Assembly: GCA_001805445.1 (NCBI GenBank)
Contig: MHGF01000029.1
Span: 68,270 to 132,269, forward strand
Direction of reading: 5' to 3'
Source of the DNA: Omnitrophica WOR_2 bacterium GWF2_43_52
GTDB lineage: Bacteria; Omnitrophota; Gorgyraeia; Gygaellales; UBA12090
Length of the DNA stretch: 64,000 nucleotides
The notes below the pieces were generated by a model. That model searched no databases, was not told the DNA's origin, and worked only from the letters and a program-made list of their open reading frames with translations. Within the stretch, counting starts at the first letter, position 1. Each line of letters starts with the position of its first letter. Positions 39,218 to 48,822 of this stretch are shown here, in pieces. A program made the translations under genes and the position numbers.

Positions 39218-40681
39218 TTATTGGCTTGAGTCAAACGCGGTGTAATCTTTGGGGGTAGCTTTTTCTATGATTGCCTGCGAAAGGGTATTAAAGGCGTTTT
39301 GTTTTTTACGCTCAAGAAGTTTTTCTCGGTAGCTTTCTTTTTCCTGCTTAAATTTCTCCTGGTCAATATCTACCATTTTCTCCTGCTCAATAATAAAAAA
39401 GGAAGAATCGGCTTCGATGAGGCCGCTTATTTCTTTAGGCTTAAGGGTAAATGCCGCCTCAGTTATTTTCTGGCTCATCGCGATACCTTCTATCGGTTGG
39501 TTGCGTTTAAACTCAGGTGTGGTTTTAAGTTCCGTTTTTAGTAGTGACGCGATATCCTTAAGGCTAAGCGCGGGCTGTAAGGTAATGAGCTCATCGATTT
39601 TCTTTTTATATTCCTCGCCCTTGTTTTTAGCTAGTGCTTGCGCCTTTTCCATTTTTAGCGTTTCGGTAACCTTATCTTTTATTTCCTCAAGCGACGGAAT
39701 ATAAGTTGGTTTTTTCTGTATCAGCCGCAGCACATAGGCGCCCTCTGGAGTTTGAATGATAGGGCTGGTTTCTTTTTCTGCTAGCGAGAAGGCATAGCGG
39801 TAAAATTCATCTTTGACTTCCAAGGCAGGCTCGTCTATAGAAAAGAAATCGGTTTGATGATACGTGAAGGGGGAATTTACTGCGTCTTGTAAACTGTTTG
39901 AGGCTTTCAGGTTAGGGTATATGGTTTTTAAGTGCTCAAAAAGCTCAAGCCTGTCGGCATCCTGAGCTTCTGGCGGATAATCAATTCCCGCGTATTCAAT
40001 CTTTACCGAAAGCTGGCGCCGGAATTTTCCCGCGTTTTTCTGGTAGTAGTCATTGAGTTCTGCATCGCTACTATGCGCCTGGGAAAGAAAATCTTTGGCA
40101 TCAGTCTTGAGGTAGCGGATGCTGAGTGCCTCGTGTTCGCTTTTGTAGGTTGCGGTTATTTCCTCATCATTAATGAGGATGCTTTTAGTCAGTTCTTCGT
40201 AAAGTTTTTTAAGCATAAGATCATTGCGGGTTTGCTCCTCAAACTCGCGCGGGGTGGTGTTGAAAAAGTAGCGTATGACATTTTTGTATGTCTCCTGGTT
40301 GAATACGCCGTCTTTGACGAAAAGAGGGATATCCGCGATAGCCTGGACTATTTCCTGGTCGCTTACTTTCAGTTTAAGCGCCTTTGCGTGTTCCAGAAAA
40401 ATAAGTTGCGTCCATACCTGTTCTCTAACATTAAGGTAGGGGAGGACTTGTTGGTAGTTATCTCCGAGGCTAAGGCGTAATTTGTTGATCTGGTAAGAAT
40501 ATAAGCGGTTAAAGTCTGAAACAGCAATCTTGCGGCCGAATATTTCTCCCGCGTAACTGCTGGTTTTTGCGCCTTGACGGTAAGCTCCGGCTCCCCAAAA
40601 GACAAAGGCGATGACCATTACCCCAATGATGACCCAGAAAATTTTTTTCGCGAGCCCTTTTTGGCGAAGTATTTTTAACAT
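39218..40681 (-). CDS. ppiD: Periplasmic chaperone PpiD/SurA-like (N-terminal TM anchor, SurA-N domain)
   Basis: N-terminal KIFWVIIGVMVIAFVFWGAG anchor. 487 aa. Only credible minus-strand gene in the window. Confidence 0.7.
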   Translation of the reverse strand: MLKILRQKGLAKKIFWVIIGVMVIAFVFWGAGAYRQGAKTSSYAGEIFGRKIAVSDFNRLYSYQINKLRLSLGDNYQQVLPYLNVREQVWTQLIFLEHAKALKLKVSDQEIVQAIADIPLFVKDGVFNQETYKNVIRYFFNTTPREFEEQTRNDLMLKKLYEELTKSILINDEEITATYKSEHEALSIRYLKTDAKDFLSQAHSSDAELNDYYQKNAGKFRRQLSVKIEYAGIDYPPEAQDADRLELFEHLKTIYPNLKASNSLQDAVNSPFTYHQTDFFSIDEPALEVKDEFYRYAFSLAEKETSPIIQTPEGAYVLRLIQKKPTYIPSLEEIKDKVTETLKMEKAQALAKNKGEEYKKKIDELITLQPALSLKDIASLLKTELKTTPEFKRNQPIEGIAMSQKITEAAFTLKPKEISGLIEADSSFFIIEQEKMVDIDQEKFKQEKESYREKLLERKKQNAFNTLSQAIIEKATPKDYTAFDSSQ

Positions 40682-40828
40682 AAGAAAAGCATTATACCTT
40701 TTTACTTCAAGCTATGCAATTATTTTTTTTGCTTTACAAGGTAACAATATCACGGTATAATTGAAAACAGTTTTTTATGGTTATCGTAGCCAGGCGTAAA
40801 GCCAAAGGAAGAAGCGGATAGAGCGGCA

Positions 40829-41707
40829 ATGACGAAAATATTAAAACTGGGATTACCCAAAGGGAGTTTGCAGGAAGCAACCTTCGCGATGTTTAAGAAG
40901 GCAGGCTTCACTATCCACGCGGGGGAGCGTTCTTATATCCCTTCTATTGATGACGTTGAGATTGACCCGGTATTATTACGGGCGCAGGAAATGTCCCGTT
41001 ACGTTGAGGATGGGGCACTTGATTGCGGCATTACCGGTAACGATTGGATAATGGAAAATGGCTCTGAGGTTATTAAGGTTGAAGGACTTGTGTATGCCAA
41101 ACAGAGTTTAAATCCGGTGCGCTGGGTGTTGGCGGTACCGGAAAGCTCGGGGATAAAAGAAGTGAAGGATTTAAACGGCAAACTCATTGCAACCGAGTTA
41201 GTTAATGTAACAAAAGCCTATCTGGCCAAGCATAAGGTTAAGGCCGAGGTTGAGTTTAGCTGGGGCGCGACTGAAGTTAAGGTTGCCTCGGGCTTGGTTG
41301 ATGGCATAGTAGAACTTACCGAAACAGGCAGAAGCCTCCGGGCGCATAAGCTTATTCAGATTGCCACCATCATTGAATCAACGACCCAGTTTATCGCTAA
41401 CAAGGTTTCCTATAGGGATGGCTGGAAAAAAGCAAAGATGCATCAGATTTGCCTTTTGCTTAAGGGTGCGATTCAGGCGGAAGGAAGGGTTGGGCTGAAG
41501 ATGAATATTCAGGAAAAGAACTTAAAGAAGATAGTGAGCCTGTTGCCGGCATTGAAGAACCCTACCATATCGCACTTGGCGCAAAAGGATTGGCTTGCGG
41601 TTGAAACGATCATTGAGGAAAAGATAGTTCGTAATATCATCCCCCAACTGAGGGCCGCGGGTGCCCAGGGGATTATTGAGTATCCGTTGAATAAATTGAT
41701 ATATTAA
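40829..41707 (+). CDS. hisG: ATP phosphoribosyltransferase, long form
   Basis: [23 protein letters not shown] and a C-terminal regulatory domain. 292 aa. Confidence 0.9.
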   Translation: MTKILKLGLPKGSLQEATFAMFKKAGFTIHAGERSYIPSIDDVEIDPVLLRAQEMSRYVEDGALDCGITGNDWIMENGSEVIKVEGLVYAKQSLNPVRWVLAVPESSGIKEVKDLNGKLIATELVNVTKAYLAKHKVKAEVEFSWGATEVKVASGLVDGIVELTETGRSLRAHKLIQIATIIESTTQFIANKVSYRDGWKKAKMHQICLLLKGAIQAEGRVGLKMNIQEKNLKKIVSLLPALKNPTISHLAQKDWLAVETIIEEKIVRNIIPQLRAAGAQGIIEYPLNKLIY

Positions 41708-41717
41708 TGTTAAGAAA

Positions 41718-41800
41718 GTAGCCAGTAGATAGTAGGGAGTAGTGAGTAAGCGGGAAAATAATACTATCTGCTAACTACTATGTACTGTATACTCCCGAGC
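41718..41800. repeat. Fold-back k-mer array family H (AGTAG / CTACT units)
   Basis: agtagatagtagggagtagtgagtaag ... tatctgctaactactatgtactgtatactccc. Confidence 0.55.
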
Positions 41801-41819
41801 GACTGAAAGGAGCGAGGTA

Positions 41820-41921
41820 ATGCCTTGCGGTAGGAAACGGAAGAAAAAGAAGATTCGCACGCACAAAAGAAAGAAGATGCTGCGTAAGCGAAGACATTTA
41901 AAGAAGAGAGCGTGGGGTTAA
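41820..41921 (+). CDS. 33-aa extremely basic peptide, probable ribosomal protein bS22-like
   Basis: MPCGRKRKKKKIRTHKRKKMLRKRRHLKKRAWG. AAGGAG RBS 8 nt upstream. Composition and length resemble actinobacterial/Bacteroidetes bS22 (KKRRKRM.KKKHRKLL.R.R). Missed by the >=60-aa ORF track. Confidence 0.4.
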   Translation: MPCGRKRKKKKIRTHKRKKMLRKRRHLKKRAWG

Positions 41922-42129
41922 AGAGCCGATAGTTCATAGTGTAGAGCTTAGACTCTCCGAACGTTGTCTGAAGAAAAACCAGCGTGGCGAATCTTTTAGA
42001 AAGTATCGTGGTTTAGTATGTTACTTTTTGTAAAGAGTAAGCGGCAAATATTACTATGGCAACACGTGTGGTTTTTTCAGAGGGGAAATAAAGAGCGTGT
42101 AGTGTTAAGCTCTTTAGGTAGAAGAATAG

Positions 42130-43113
42130 ATGCAGCTTTGTAAATCGGCAAAATGCGCGGTAGGTATTTTTGTCTTGAGTATAGCTTTTTGCTTGCTAAC
42201 GGTAAACGGAAGTTACGCAAGCCAAAGAGACAGGAAAAAAGTGCAGGCCCAAGCCCATTACATGATGGGCTTGTTTTATGAAAACCAGGAAAAGTTTGAT
42301 GAGGCAATTACCGAATACAAAGAGGCGCTTAGCCTTGAGAAGGATATCGCGAGTATTCATGTGCGCCTGGCTTCACTTTTTATCCGTAAATCAGATACCG
42401 CGAAAGCCATTCTGGAATTAGAAGAAGCTAAAAAGTGCGATCCCGATGCTTTAGAGCCGGGGCTGATGCTTGCCCTTTTATACGCGACGGATAATTCCCC
42501 AGAAAAAGCCGCTTTGGAATATGAGGAGACGCTCAAGAAAGCATCTCATCAAGAGCCAAAAAATATCTATATCCTGAGAAGCTTAGCCGCGCTGTATTAT
42601 CAGCAGAAAAAGATTGAGAACGCGATAGAAACCTACCGGCTTATTCTGGGCGTTGATGAAAAAGATTATGAATCTGTTTTTCTTTTAGGGAGCCTTCTTG
42701 AAGAAACTGGCAAACGGAATGAAGCGATAGAAAAATTTAAGCAGGCCCTTGCCATCAATCCTGAGTATCCGGATGCCCTTAATTCCTTAGGCTATATCTA
42801 CGCTGAGGAAGGCATCCATCTGCCTGAGGCGGAGAATGCTGTTAAAAAGGCCCTTGGATATGAGCCGGATAACGGCGCATATATTGATAGCCTTGGATGG
42901 GTCTATTTTAAGATGGACCTTCTTGATAGGGCGCTGGAGCATTTGGAGAAGGCAAGTTCATTACTTTCAGATCCGGTGATATTCGACCATCTTGGCGATG
43001 CCTATCTAAAGAAAGGCTCGCATGATAAGGCCAGGGCAAACTGGGAGAAATCCCTGAGTTTGGACGCGCAACAGGAAAAGGTTAAGGAAAAACTCAATAA
43101 ACTGAAAAAATGA
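42130..43113 (+). CDS. Exported tetratricopeptide-repeat (TPR) protein
   Basis: Signal peptide followed by about 7 TPR units. Confidence 0.75.
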   Translation: MQLCKSAKCAVGIFVLSIAFCLLTVNGSYASQRDRKKVQAQAHYMMGLFYENQEKFDEAITEYKEALSLEKDIASIHVRLASLFIRKSDTAKAILELEEAKKCDPDALEPGLMLALLYATDNSPEKAALEYEETLKKASHQEPKNIYILRSLAALYYQQKKIENAIETYRLILGVDEKDYESVFLLGSLLEETGKRNEAIEKFKQALAINPEYPDALNSLGYIYAEEGIHLPEAENAVKKALGYEPDNGAYIDSLGWVYFKMDLLDRALEHLEKASSLLSDPVIFDHLGDAYLKKGSHDKARANWEKSLSLDAQQEKVKEKLNKLKK

Positions 43114-43937
43114 AAAAGAGCATAAGCGATAGTGAAGTCAAGGTTTTAGAAGAAAAGGCAAAGCATATCCGCCGGTTGATTATCCAAATGCTGGCCAAGG
43201 CAGGTTCCGGCCACCCCGGGGGAAGCCTTTCGCTAACGGATATCATTACCGCGTTATATTTTAAGCAGATGCGCCATAATCCTAAGGATCCTCAGTGGCC
43301 GGAAAGAGACAGATTTCATTTGTCCAAGGGCCATTGTTGCCCCGCATTGTACGCGGTGTTGGCAGAGTCGGGATATTTTCCTATGGAACACCTCTGGACA
43401 TTACGTAAATTGGGTTCAATACTTCAAGGCCATCCCGACCGCAGGACCCCCGGGGTAGAAGTTGCCAGCGGTTCATTGGGACAGGGCTTATCTGTTGCCT
43501 TGGGAATGAGCCTGGCGGTTCGTATTGATAATCGAGCCTCCCGGGTATATTGCGCTATGGGTGACGGCGAAACGCAGGAAGGCAATGTCTGGGAAGCGGC
43601 CATGGCCTCAAGCCACTATAAGAGCGATAACCTCTGCGCTATCATTGATTATAACGGATTCCAGATAGACGGCTGCACCAAGGAGATAATGAATTTAGAG
43701 CCTATGGTAGATAAGTGGCGTTCTTTTGGCTGGCATACGATCGAGATAGATGGGCATAACATGAAGGAAATACTTGCTGCTTTTAGTGAGGCAGAAACGA
43801 TAAAAGGTAAGCCCGCGATTATCATAGCGCATACAGTAAAAGGCAAAGGCGTTTCTTTTATGGAAAACGTCCTTGAGTTTCATGGGCGGGCGCCTACACA
43901 AGAGGAAGCGGAAAAGGCATTGAAAGAATTAGAATAA
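43110..43937 (+). CDS. Transketolase, N-terminal (TPP-binding) subunit
   Basis: GSGHPGGSLS, HPD and the GDGETQEG TPP motif. 275 aa. Split-type transketolase. Confidence 0.9.
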   Translation: MKKSISDSEVKVLEEKAKHIRRLIIQMLAKAGSGHPGGSLSLTDIITALYFKQMRHNPKDPQWPERDRFHLSKGHCCPALYAVLAESGYFPMEHLWTLRKLGSILQGHPDRRTPGVEVASGSLGQGLSVALGMSLAVRIDNRASRVYCAMGDGETQEGNVWEAAMASSHYKSDNLCAIIDYNGFQIDGCTKEIMNLEPMVDKWRSFGWHTIEIDGHNMKEILAAFSEAETIKGKPAIIIAHTVKGKGVSFMENVLEFHGRAPTQEEAEKALKELE

Positions 43938-44003
43938 AATTAAACTGTCAAATTGCTAAACTGTTAAATTGTCAGCAGTTTAGCAATATAGCAATTTAGC
44001 AAT
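43938..44003. repeat. Fold-back k-mer array family E, copy 2 (between transketolase subunits)
   Basis: aaactgtcaaattgctaaactgttaaattgtcagcagtttagcaatatagcaatttagcaatgg. Confidence 0.65.
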
Positions 44004-44925
44004 GGAATTTTTATATCAACGCGACGTGTACGGCAAGACATTGGTTGAGCTGGGCAAAAAAGACCCGAATGTGGTGGTATTTGATGCCGATCTTTCAAGC
44101 TCTACGAGAACATGCATTTTTAGGAAGGAATTCAAAAACCGTTTTTTTAATTTCGGCGTTGCCGAGCAGAATATGATTGCCGCTTCTGCCGGAATGGCAA
44201 GCTGTGGGAAAATAGTTTTTGTTTCAACCTTTGCCATTTTTGCGACGGGAAGGGCATGGGATCAGGTAAGAAATACGGTTGCCTATAATAATTTTAATAT
44301 CAAAATTGTTGCTACCCACGCGGGAGTAAGCGTCGGCCCGGACGGGGCAAGCCATCAGGCATTGGAAGATATTACCCTAATGAGGCTCATTCCGTATATG
44401 AAAGTTATCGCTCCTTGTGACGGCCCCCAGACACACGACGCGGTGGTCGCGGCGTACGAGACTCCGGGGCCGGTCTATGTAAGGCTTGGGCGCCCCAAAG
44501 TCCCCACCATTGAGGGCCGGGGAGCCTTTCGATTTGGGGAAGCTGAAGTTTTAACCCAGGGTAAAGACCTTACTATTATTGCCTGCGGGATTATGGTCAA
44601 GCAGGCTCTCGACGCGGCGAGCGCGCTAAAAAAAGAAGGTGTTACCTGCAGGGTGATCAATATGCATACTATTAAGCCCATTGATACGAAAGCCATTATC
44701 AAGGCCGCAAACGAAACGAAAGGGATTGTTGTCTGCGAAGAACATACGATTGTCGGGGGGCTTGCCTCCGCGGTTGATGAGGTGGCCGCGGAAAATAAAC
44801 CGACTACGGTTTTGCGGGTGGGGGTGAGAAACCGCTATGGCCAGTCAGGTGAGCCGGAGGAATTACTTAACGAGTATAAATTATCGGTAAACGATATCAT
44901 TCTCACGTGTAAGAAGGTTCTTTGA
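44002..44925 (+). CDS. Transketolase, C-terminal (pyrimidine-binding) subunit
   Basis: FGVAEQNMIAASAGMA and GPDGASHQALEDI. 307 aa. Confidence 0.9.
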   Translation: MEFLYQRDVYGKTLVELGKKDPNVVVFDADLSSSTRTCIFRKEFKNRFFNFGVAEQNMIAASAGMASCGKIVFVSTFAIFATGRAWDQVRNTVAYNNFNIKIVATHAGVSVGPDGASHQALEDITLMRLIPYMKVIAPCDGPQTHDAVVAAYETPGPVYVRLGRPKVPTIEGRGAFRFGEAEVLTQGKDLTIIACGIMVKQALDAASALKKEGVTCRVINMHTIKPIDTKAIIKAANETKGIVVCEEHTIVGGLASAVDEVAAENKPTTVLRVGVRNRYGQSGEPEELLNEYKLSVNDIILTCKKVL

Positions 44926-45797
44926 TAGGCATGGATAAGGCAGTAACGATAGCTTCACCCGCAAAGGTAAATCTCTATTTAGAGATTCTCAATAAGCGCC
45001 CCGATGGTTACCACGCCATTGTAACCCTTTTTGAGCGGATATCCTTAAGCGATGAAATTATTCTAAGGCAAAGAGAGGATAGCGCTCTTCTGATAGTATC
45101 TAAGGCAAAGAATATCCCTTTAGGCAGCAATAACCTTGCATATAAGGCTGCAGCCTTGCTCAGGGAAGATTTAGGCATTAGCCGCGGGGTATCTATCGAA
45201 ATCAAAAAGCGCATCCCTGTAGGGGCAGGCTTAGGCGGAGGATCAAGCAACGCCGCGAGCACGTTACTGGGGCTGAATCGGCTCTGGGATCTTAAGCTCA
45301 GTAAAAAAAAGCTCTTAGCGTACGCGGCGAGGTTAGGCAGCGATGTAGCCTTTTTTATTGAGGATGTTTCGTTTGCCTGGGGAAGCTCGCGTGGCGAAAA
45401 GATAACACCGTGCTTCGGCGCTCATAAAAGCTTGTGGCATATACTTCTGACGCCGGATGTGAGCGTATCAACGAAAGAGGCCTATCAGGAATTTGATAGG
45501 GTGGTCAATAAGCCGCCTCTCTCTCACGCAGCTCTTGAGGGCTCAGGGTTTCCTGCTCGCCGGTTGCGCGTAGGGAAGATACTTTTTAATCATTTAGAAG
45601 ATGTTACCTTCAGGAAATATCCGAAAGTAAGAAAGCTTAAAGAGAGCCTGCGTGCATATGGCATAAGGCGCGCGCTTATGTCTGGTTCCGGAGGGTCAGT
45701 CTTTGGAATCGTCAAGTCAAGAAAGGAGGGCTTACGAATCGCGGAGCGTTTTCAGCATCGTAAGGGACTAAAGGTTTTTGTAGTAAAGACAATGTAA
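44922..45797 (+). CDS. ispE: 4-diphosphocytidyl-2-C-methyl-D-erythritol kinase
   Basis: SPAKVNLYLEI and the GHMP kinase motif PVGAGLGGGSSNAA. Confidence 0.85.
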   Translation: MIGMDKAVTIASPAKVNLYLEILNKRPDGYHAIVTLFERISLSDEIILRQREDSALLIVSKAKNIPLGSNNLAYKAAALLREDLGISRGVSIEIKKRIPVGAGLGGGSSNAASTLLGLNRLWDLKLSKKKLLAYAARLGSDVAFFIEDVSFAWGSSRGEKITPCFGAHKSLWHILLTPDVSVSTKEAYQEFDRVVNKPPLSHAALEGSGFPARRLRVGKILFNHLEDVTFRKYPKVRKLKESLRAYGIRRALMSGSGGSVFGIVKSRKEGLRIAERFQHRKGLKVFVVKTM

Positions 45798-45831
45798 TCA
45801 ACATGTGTTTGTTGCGGGAGGGTTCACAGCT

Positions 45832-46239
45832 ATGGAAATTACCGAAGTAAGAATATTTTTGAAGGATTCACCGGATAAGAAATTAAAGGCATATGCCACC
45901 ATTACGCTTGATGATGCCTTTGTCGTAAGAAATATAAAAGTTATTGAAGGTACAAGCGGTTTGTTCATTGCCATGCCGTCGCGAAAGGTAAAACAGCCGT
46001 GCCCGAAGTGCGGTTTTAGGAATGAGCTTCGCAGTAAATACTGTAATCAGTGCGCGGGGCAGCTTCCTTTGGTATCGCAGCCGATTACCGGAGAATCCCA
46101 GGCTTCGGATATGCAGTCAGAGCATAAGGATATAGCCCATCCTATTACGCAGGCCTTCAGAGAGCAGTTACAGAAGAAAGTCCTCGAGGCGTACGGGCAG
46201 GAGAAGAATAAAGGCCAGGCGCAGCAAGTTAAAGAGTAG
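45832..46239 (+). CDS. spoVG: SpoVG family protein with C-terminal Cys4 zinc-ribbon extension
   Basis: MEITEVRIFLKD...LKAYATITLDDAFVVRNIKVIEG SpoVG core (about 90 aa), followed by CPKCGF...CNQCAG. A GGAGGG RBS precedes the ATG at 45832. Confidence 0.8.
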   Translation: MEITEVRIFLKDSPDKKLKAYATITLDDAFVVRNIKVIEGTSGLFIAMPSRKVKQPCPKCGFRNELRSKYCNQCAGQLPLVSQPITGESQASDMQSEHKDIAHPITQAFREQLQKKVLEAYGQEKNKGQAQQVKE

Positions 46240-46324
46240 TTTAGGTTTATAGCTTCAAAACAACATCTTTTTCCGATTCTGCATTAGGGAAACCATAAAC
46301 CATAAACTGTTATCGTGAAAAATT

Positions 46325-46395
46325 TGCCCGGTTGTGTAATGGTAGCACATCAGAATTTGGGTCTGACTGTCAAGGTTCGAATCCTTGCCGGGCAA
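46325..46395 (+). tRNA. tRNA-Gln (anticodon UUG)
   Basis: Cloverleaf folded by hand. Acceptor tgcccgg/ccgggca. T-loop TTCGAAT. Anticodon stem tcaga/tctga with loop atTTGgg. CCA not encoded. Ends are +/-1 nt. Confidence 0.8.
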
Positions 46396-46459
46396 CTCGA
46401 TTGTTGAATGAATAAGGAAGTTTAGAATGTGGTTCTCCCACCTTTCTAAATCATTTTGG

Positions 46460-46484
46460 AGGGCGGGATCCCGCCAGATTTTTA
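46460..46484 (+). terminator. Rho-independent terminator after tRNA-Gln
   Basis: ggcgggatcccgcc palindrome followed by agattttt. Confidence 0.6.
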
Positions 46485-46526
46485 AGCAACGGGGCGGGAG
46501 AATCCATACGTCCCAACCAAAAACCT

Positions 46527-47789
46527 ATGAACAAACAATGTGCGGCCATAATTCTAGCAGCGGGTGAAGGCACGCGGATGAAGTCAGAAACGCCGAAAGT
46601 AATGCATCCGCTTTGCGGCAGGCCTATGGTAAGCTATGTCCTTGATTTAGCCAAGGCATTAAAAGTAGCCACGATGCTTGTTGTTGTTGGCCATAAACGG
46701 GAACGCCTCCAAGAAGTGCTTTCAGGCTACAAGGCAAAGGCCGTGCATCAGGATAAGCTTTTGGGTACCGCGGACGCGATAAAGCGTTGCGAAAGCGCCC
46801 TAAAGAATTTTTCCGGGAATCTTCTGGTACTCTATGGAGACCAGCCGTTATTATGCAAGGAAACTTTAGCCAGCCTCATCCAAAAGCATGAGGATTCAAA
46901 TGCCGCGGCTACGGTGCTTACCGCGTATGTTGATAATCCTTTTGGCTATGGCAGGATTATCCGCGATAATTTCGGCAGGGTAAAAGCGATTGTAGAAGAA
47001 AAGGATGCAAGCGAAGAGGAAAGAGCTCTTACGGAAATCAATACTGGTATTATCTGCTTTAAAAAGCAACTGCTTTTTAAAGCCATTGCCGGAATAAAAC
47101 CTAATAACGCGAAAAAAGAATATTATTTAACCGATGCTATAAGAATAATGTTTGAAGCCGGGCTTGCCATAGAGTCATTTATTCTCAAAGGCGACGCGCG
47201 CCAGGCACAAGGTATCAATACCAGAATAGATTTGGCCCAGGCGCAAAACATTATGCGCCAGCGTATCTTAGAGAAATATATGCTTGACGGCGTAGGGATA
47301 ATCGACCCGCAGACTACCTTTATAGACTATGGTGTCACGATAGGACAGGAAAGCGTAATTTATCCCTTTACAGTTATTGAAAAGGATGTTATAATTGGAA
47401 AATTATGCCAGATAGGCCCTTTTTGTCATTTGCGGCCAGGAACGGTCATTGAGGATACTGCTACTATCGGTAATTTCACCGAGGTAACCCGTTCCAAAAT
47501 CGGCAAGGGAAGTTTTATGAAGCATTTTAGTTACCTGGGGGATACCTCTACCGGAAAAAACGTGAATATCGGTTGCGGAACCGTGGTGGCTAATTTTGAC
47601 GGCAGGCATAAACAACAGACTATTATCGGTGACGGCGCTTTTATAGGTTCTGATACAGTGTTACGGTCACCGGTGAAAATTGGTAAATACGCGATTACCG
47701 GAGCAGGCGCGGTCGTAACCAAGGATGTTAAAGACGGTACGGTCGTTGTCGGGGTCCCGGCAAAAGAGTTACCGTATAAGAAGCGCTAA
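46527..47789 (+). CDS. glmU: Bifunctional GlcNAc-1-P uridyltransferase / GlcN-1-P acetyltransferase
   Basis: AIILAAGEGTRMKS N-terminus. C-terminal left-handed beta-helix hexapeptide repeats. Confidence 0.85.
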   Translation: MNKQCAAIILAAGEGTRMKSETPKVMHPLCGRPMVSYVLDLAKALKVATMLVVVGHKRERLQEVLSGYKAKAVHQDKLLGTADAIKRCESALKNFSGNLLVLYGDQPLLCKETLASLIQKHEDSNAAATVLTAYVDNPFGYGRIIRDNFGRVKAIVEEKDASEEERALTEINTGIICFKKQLLFKAIAGIKPNNAKKEYYLTDAIRIMFEAGLAIESFILKGDARQAQGINTRIDLAQAQNIMRQRILEKYMLDGVGIIDPQTTFIDYGVTIGQESVIYPFTVIEKDVIIGKLCQIGPFCHLRPGTVIEDTATIGNFTEVTRSKIGKGSFMKHFSYLGDTSTGKNVNIGCGTVVANFDGRHKQQTIIGDGAFIGSDTVLRSPVKIGKYAITGAGAVVTKDVKDGTVVVGVPAKELPYKKR

Positions 47790-47819
47790 CCTGAGGCTTT
47801 AAGGGATAGAGAGGTACCT

Positions 47820-48758
47820 ATGGATAAATTAGCTGTAGTTACAGGGAATGCCCACCCCGAACTAGCCAAGAATATTTGTAAATACCTCAAGATAAAATTA
47901 TCCGAATGTTTAGTCGGAAGGTTTAGCGAAGGCGAGATCAGGGTTAAGATTGAAGAAAATATCCGGGGCAAAGACGTCTTTGTGATTCAGCCAACCTGCC
48001 CGCCGGTAAATGATAATTTGATGGAATTGCTGATACTTTGCGATGCCTTAAAGAGGGCATCGGCTAAGCGCATTACGGCGGTAATGCCTTATTATGGGTA
48101 CGCGCGCCAGGACCGCAAAGACCAGCCGCGCGTGCCGATTACGGCAAAACTTGTGGCGAATTTAATTTCAACAGCCGGCGCGGAAAGAGTTTTAACCATG
48201 GACCTGCATGCGGGGCAAATTCAGGGTTTTTTTGATATACCGTTAGACCATCTCTTTTCAGTCGGGGTCTTTGTGGAATATTTTGAGAAGCTGAAACTGA
48301 AGGATTTGGTGGTGGTATCTCCGGATGTCGGGGGGATTAAAATGGCCAGAGGCTATGCCAAGAGGCTTGGCGCCGGGCTTGCCATTGTGGATAAACGCAG
48401 GATTTCTCCTGAAGCTACAGAAGCAGTGCATATCCTTGGAGATATTGAGGGTAAAAATATTATCATCGTCGATGACTTGATTTCGACGGGTTCTTCGTTG
48501 ATTGAGGCGGTAGAGATCCTCGCGAAACACGGAGCGAAGGAGATACGCGCCGCGGTAAGCCATGGAGTGCTCTGCGGCAGTGCCATAGAACGGATTGATA
48601 AATGCAAGAATTTAAAGGAACTCTTGATAAGCGATAGTATCCCTTTAGATAATAGCAAGAAGCATCCCCGGATAAAGGTGTTATCCATCGCCGAGCTTTT
48701 GGGAGAGGCGATAAAGAGGATACATAACGAAGAGTCGGTAAGTTCGTTATTCGACTAA
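47820..48758 (+). CDS. prs: Ribose-phosphate pyrophosphokinase
   Basis: GYARQDRK and the PRPP-binding loop DDLISTGSS. 312 aa. Confidence 0.92.
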   Translation: MDKLAVVTGNAHPELAKNICKYLKIKLSECLVGRFSEGEIRVKIEENIRGKDVFVIQPTCPPVNDNLMELLILCDALKRASAKRITAVMPYYGYARQDRKDQPRVPITAKLVANLISTAGAERVLTMDLHAGQIQGFFDIPLDHLFSVGVFVEYFEKLKLKDLVVVSPDVGGIKMARGYAKRLGAGLAIVDKRRISPEATEAVHILGDIEGKNIIIVDDLISTGSSLIEAVEILAKHGAKEIRAAVSHGVLCGSAIERIDKCKNLKELLISDSIPLDNSKKHPRIKVLSIAELLGEAIKRIHNEESVSSLFD

Positions 48759-48822
48759 AAAACCGCTGAGAAAACGCTAAAAAGATAGCGCGGAATTGTA
48801 TAAAAAGGAGTGGTAAGTAAAA

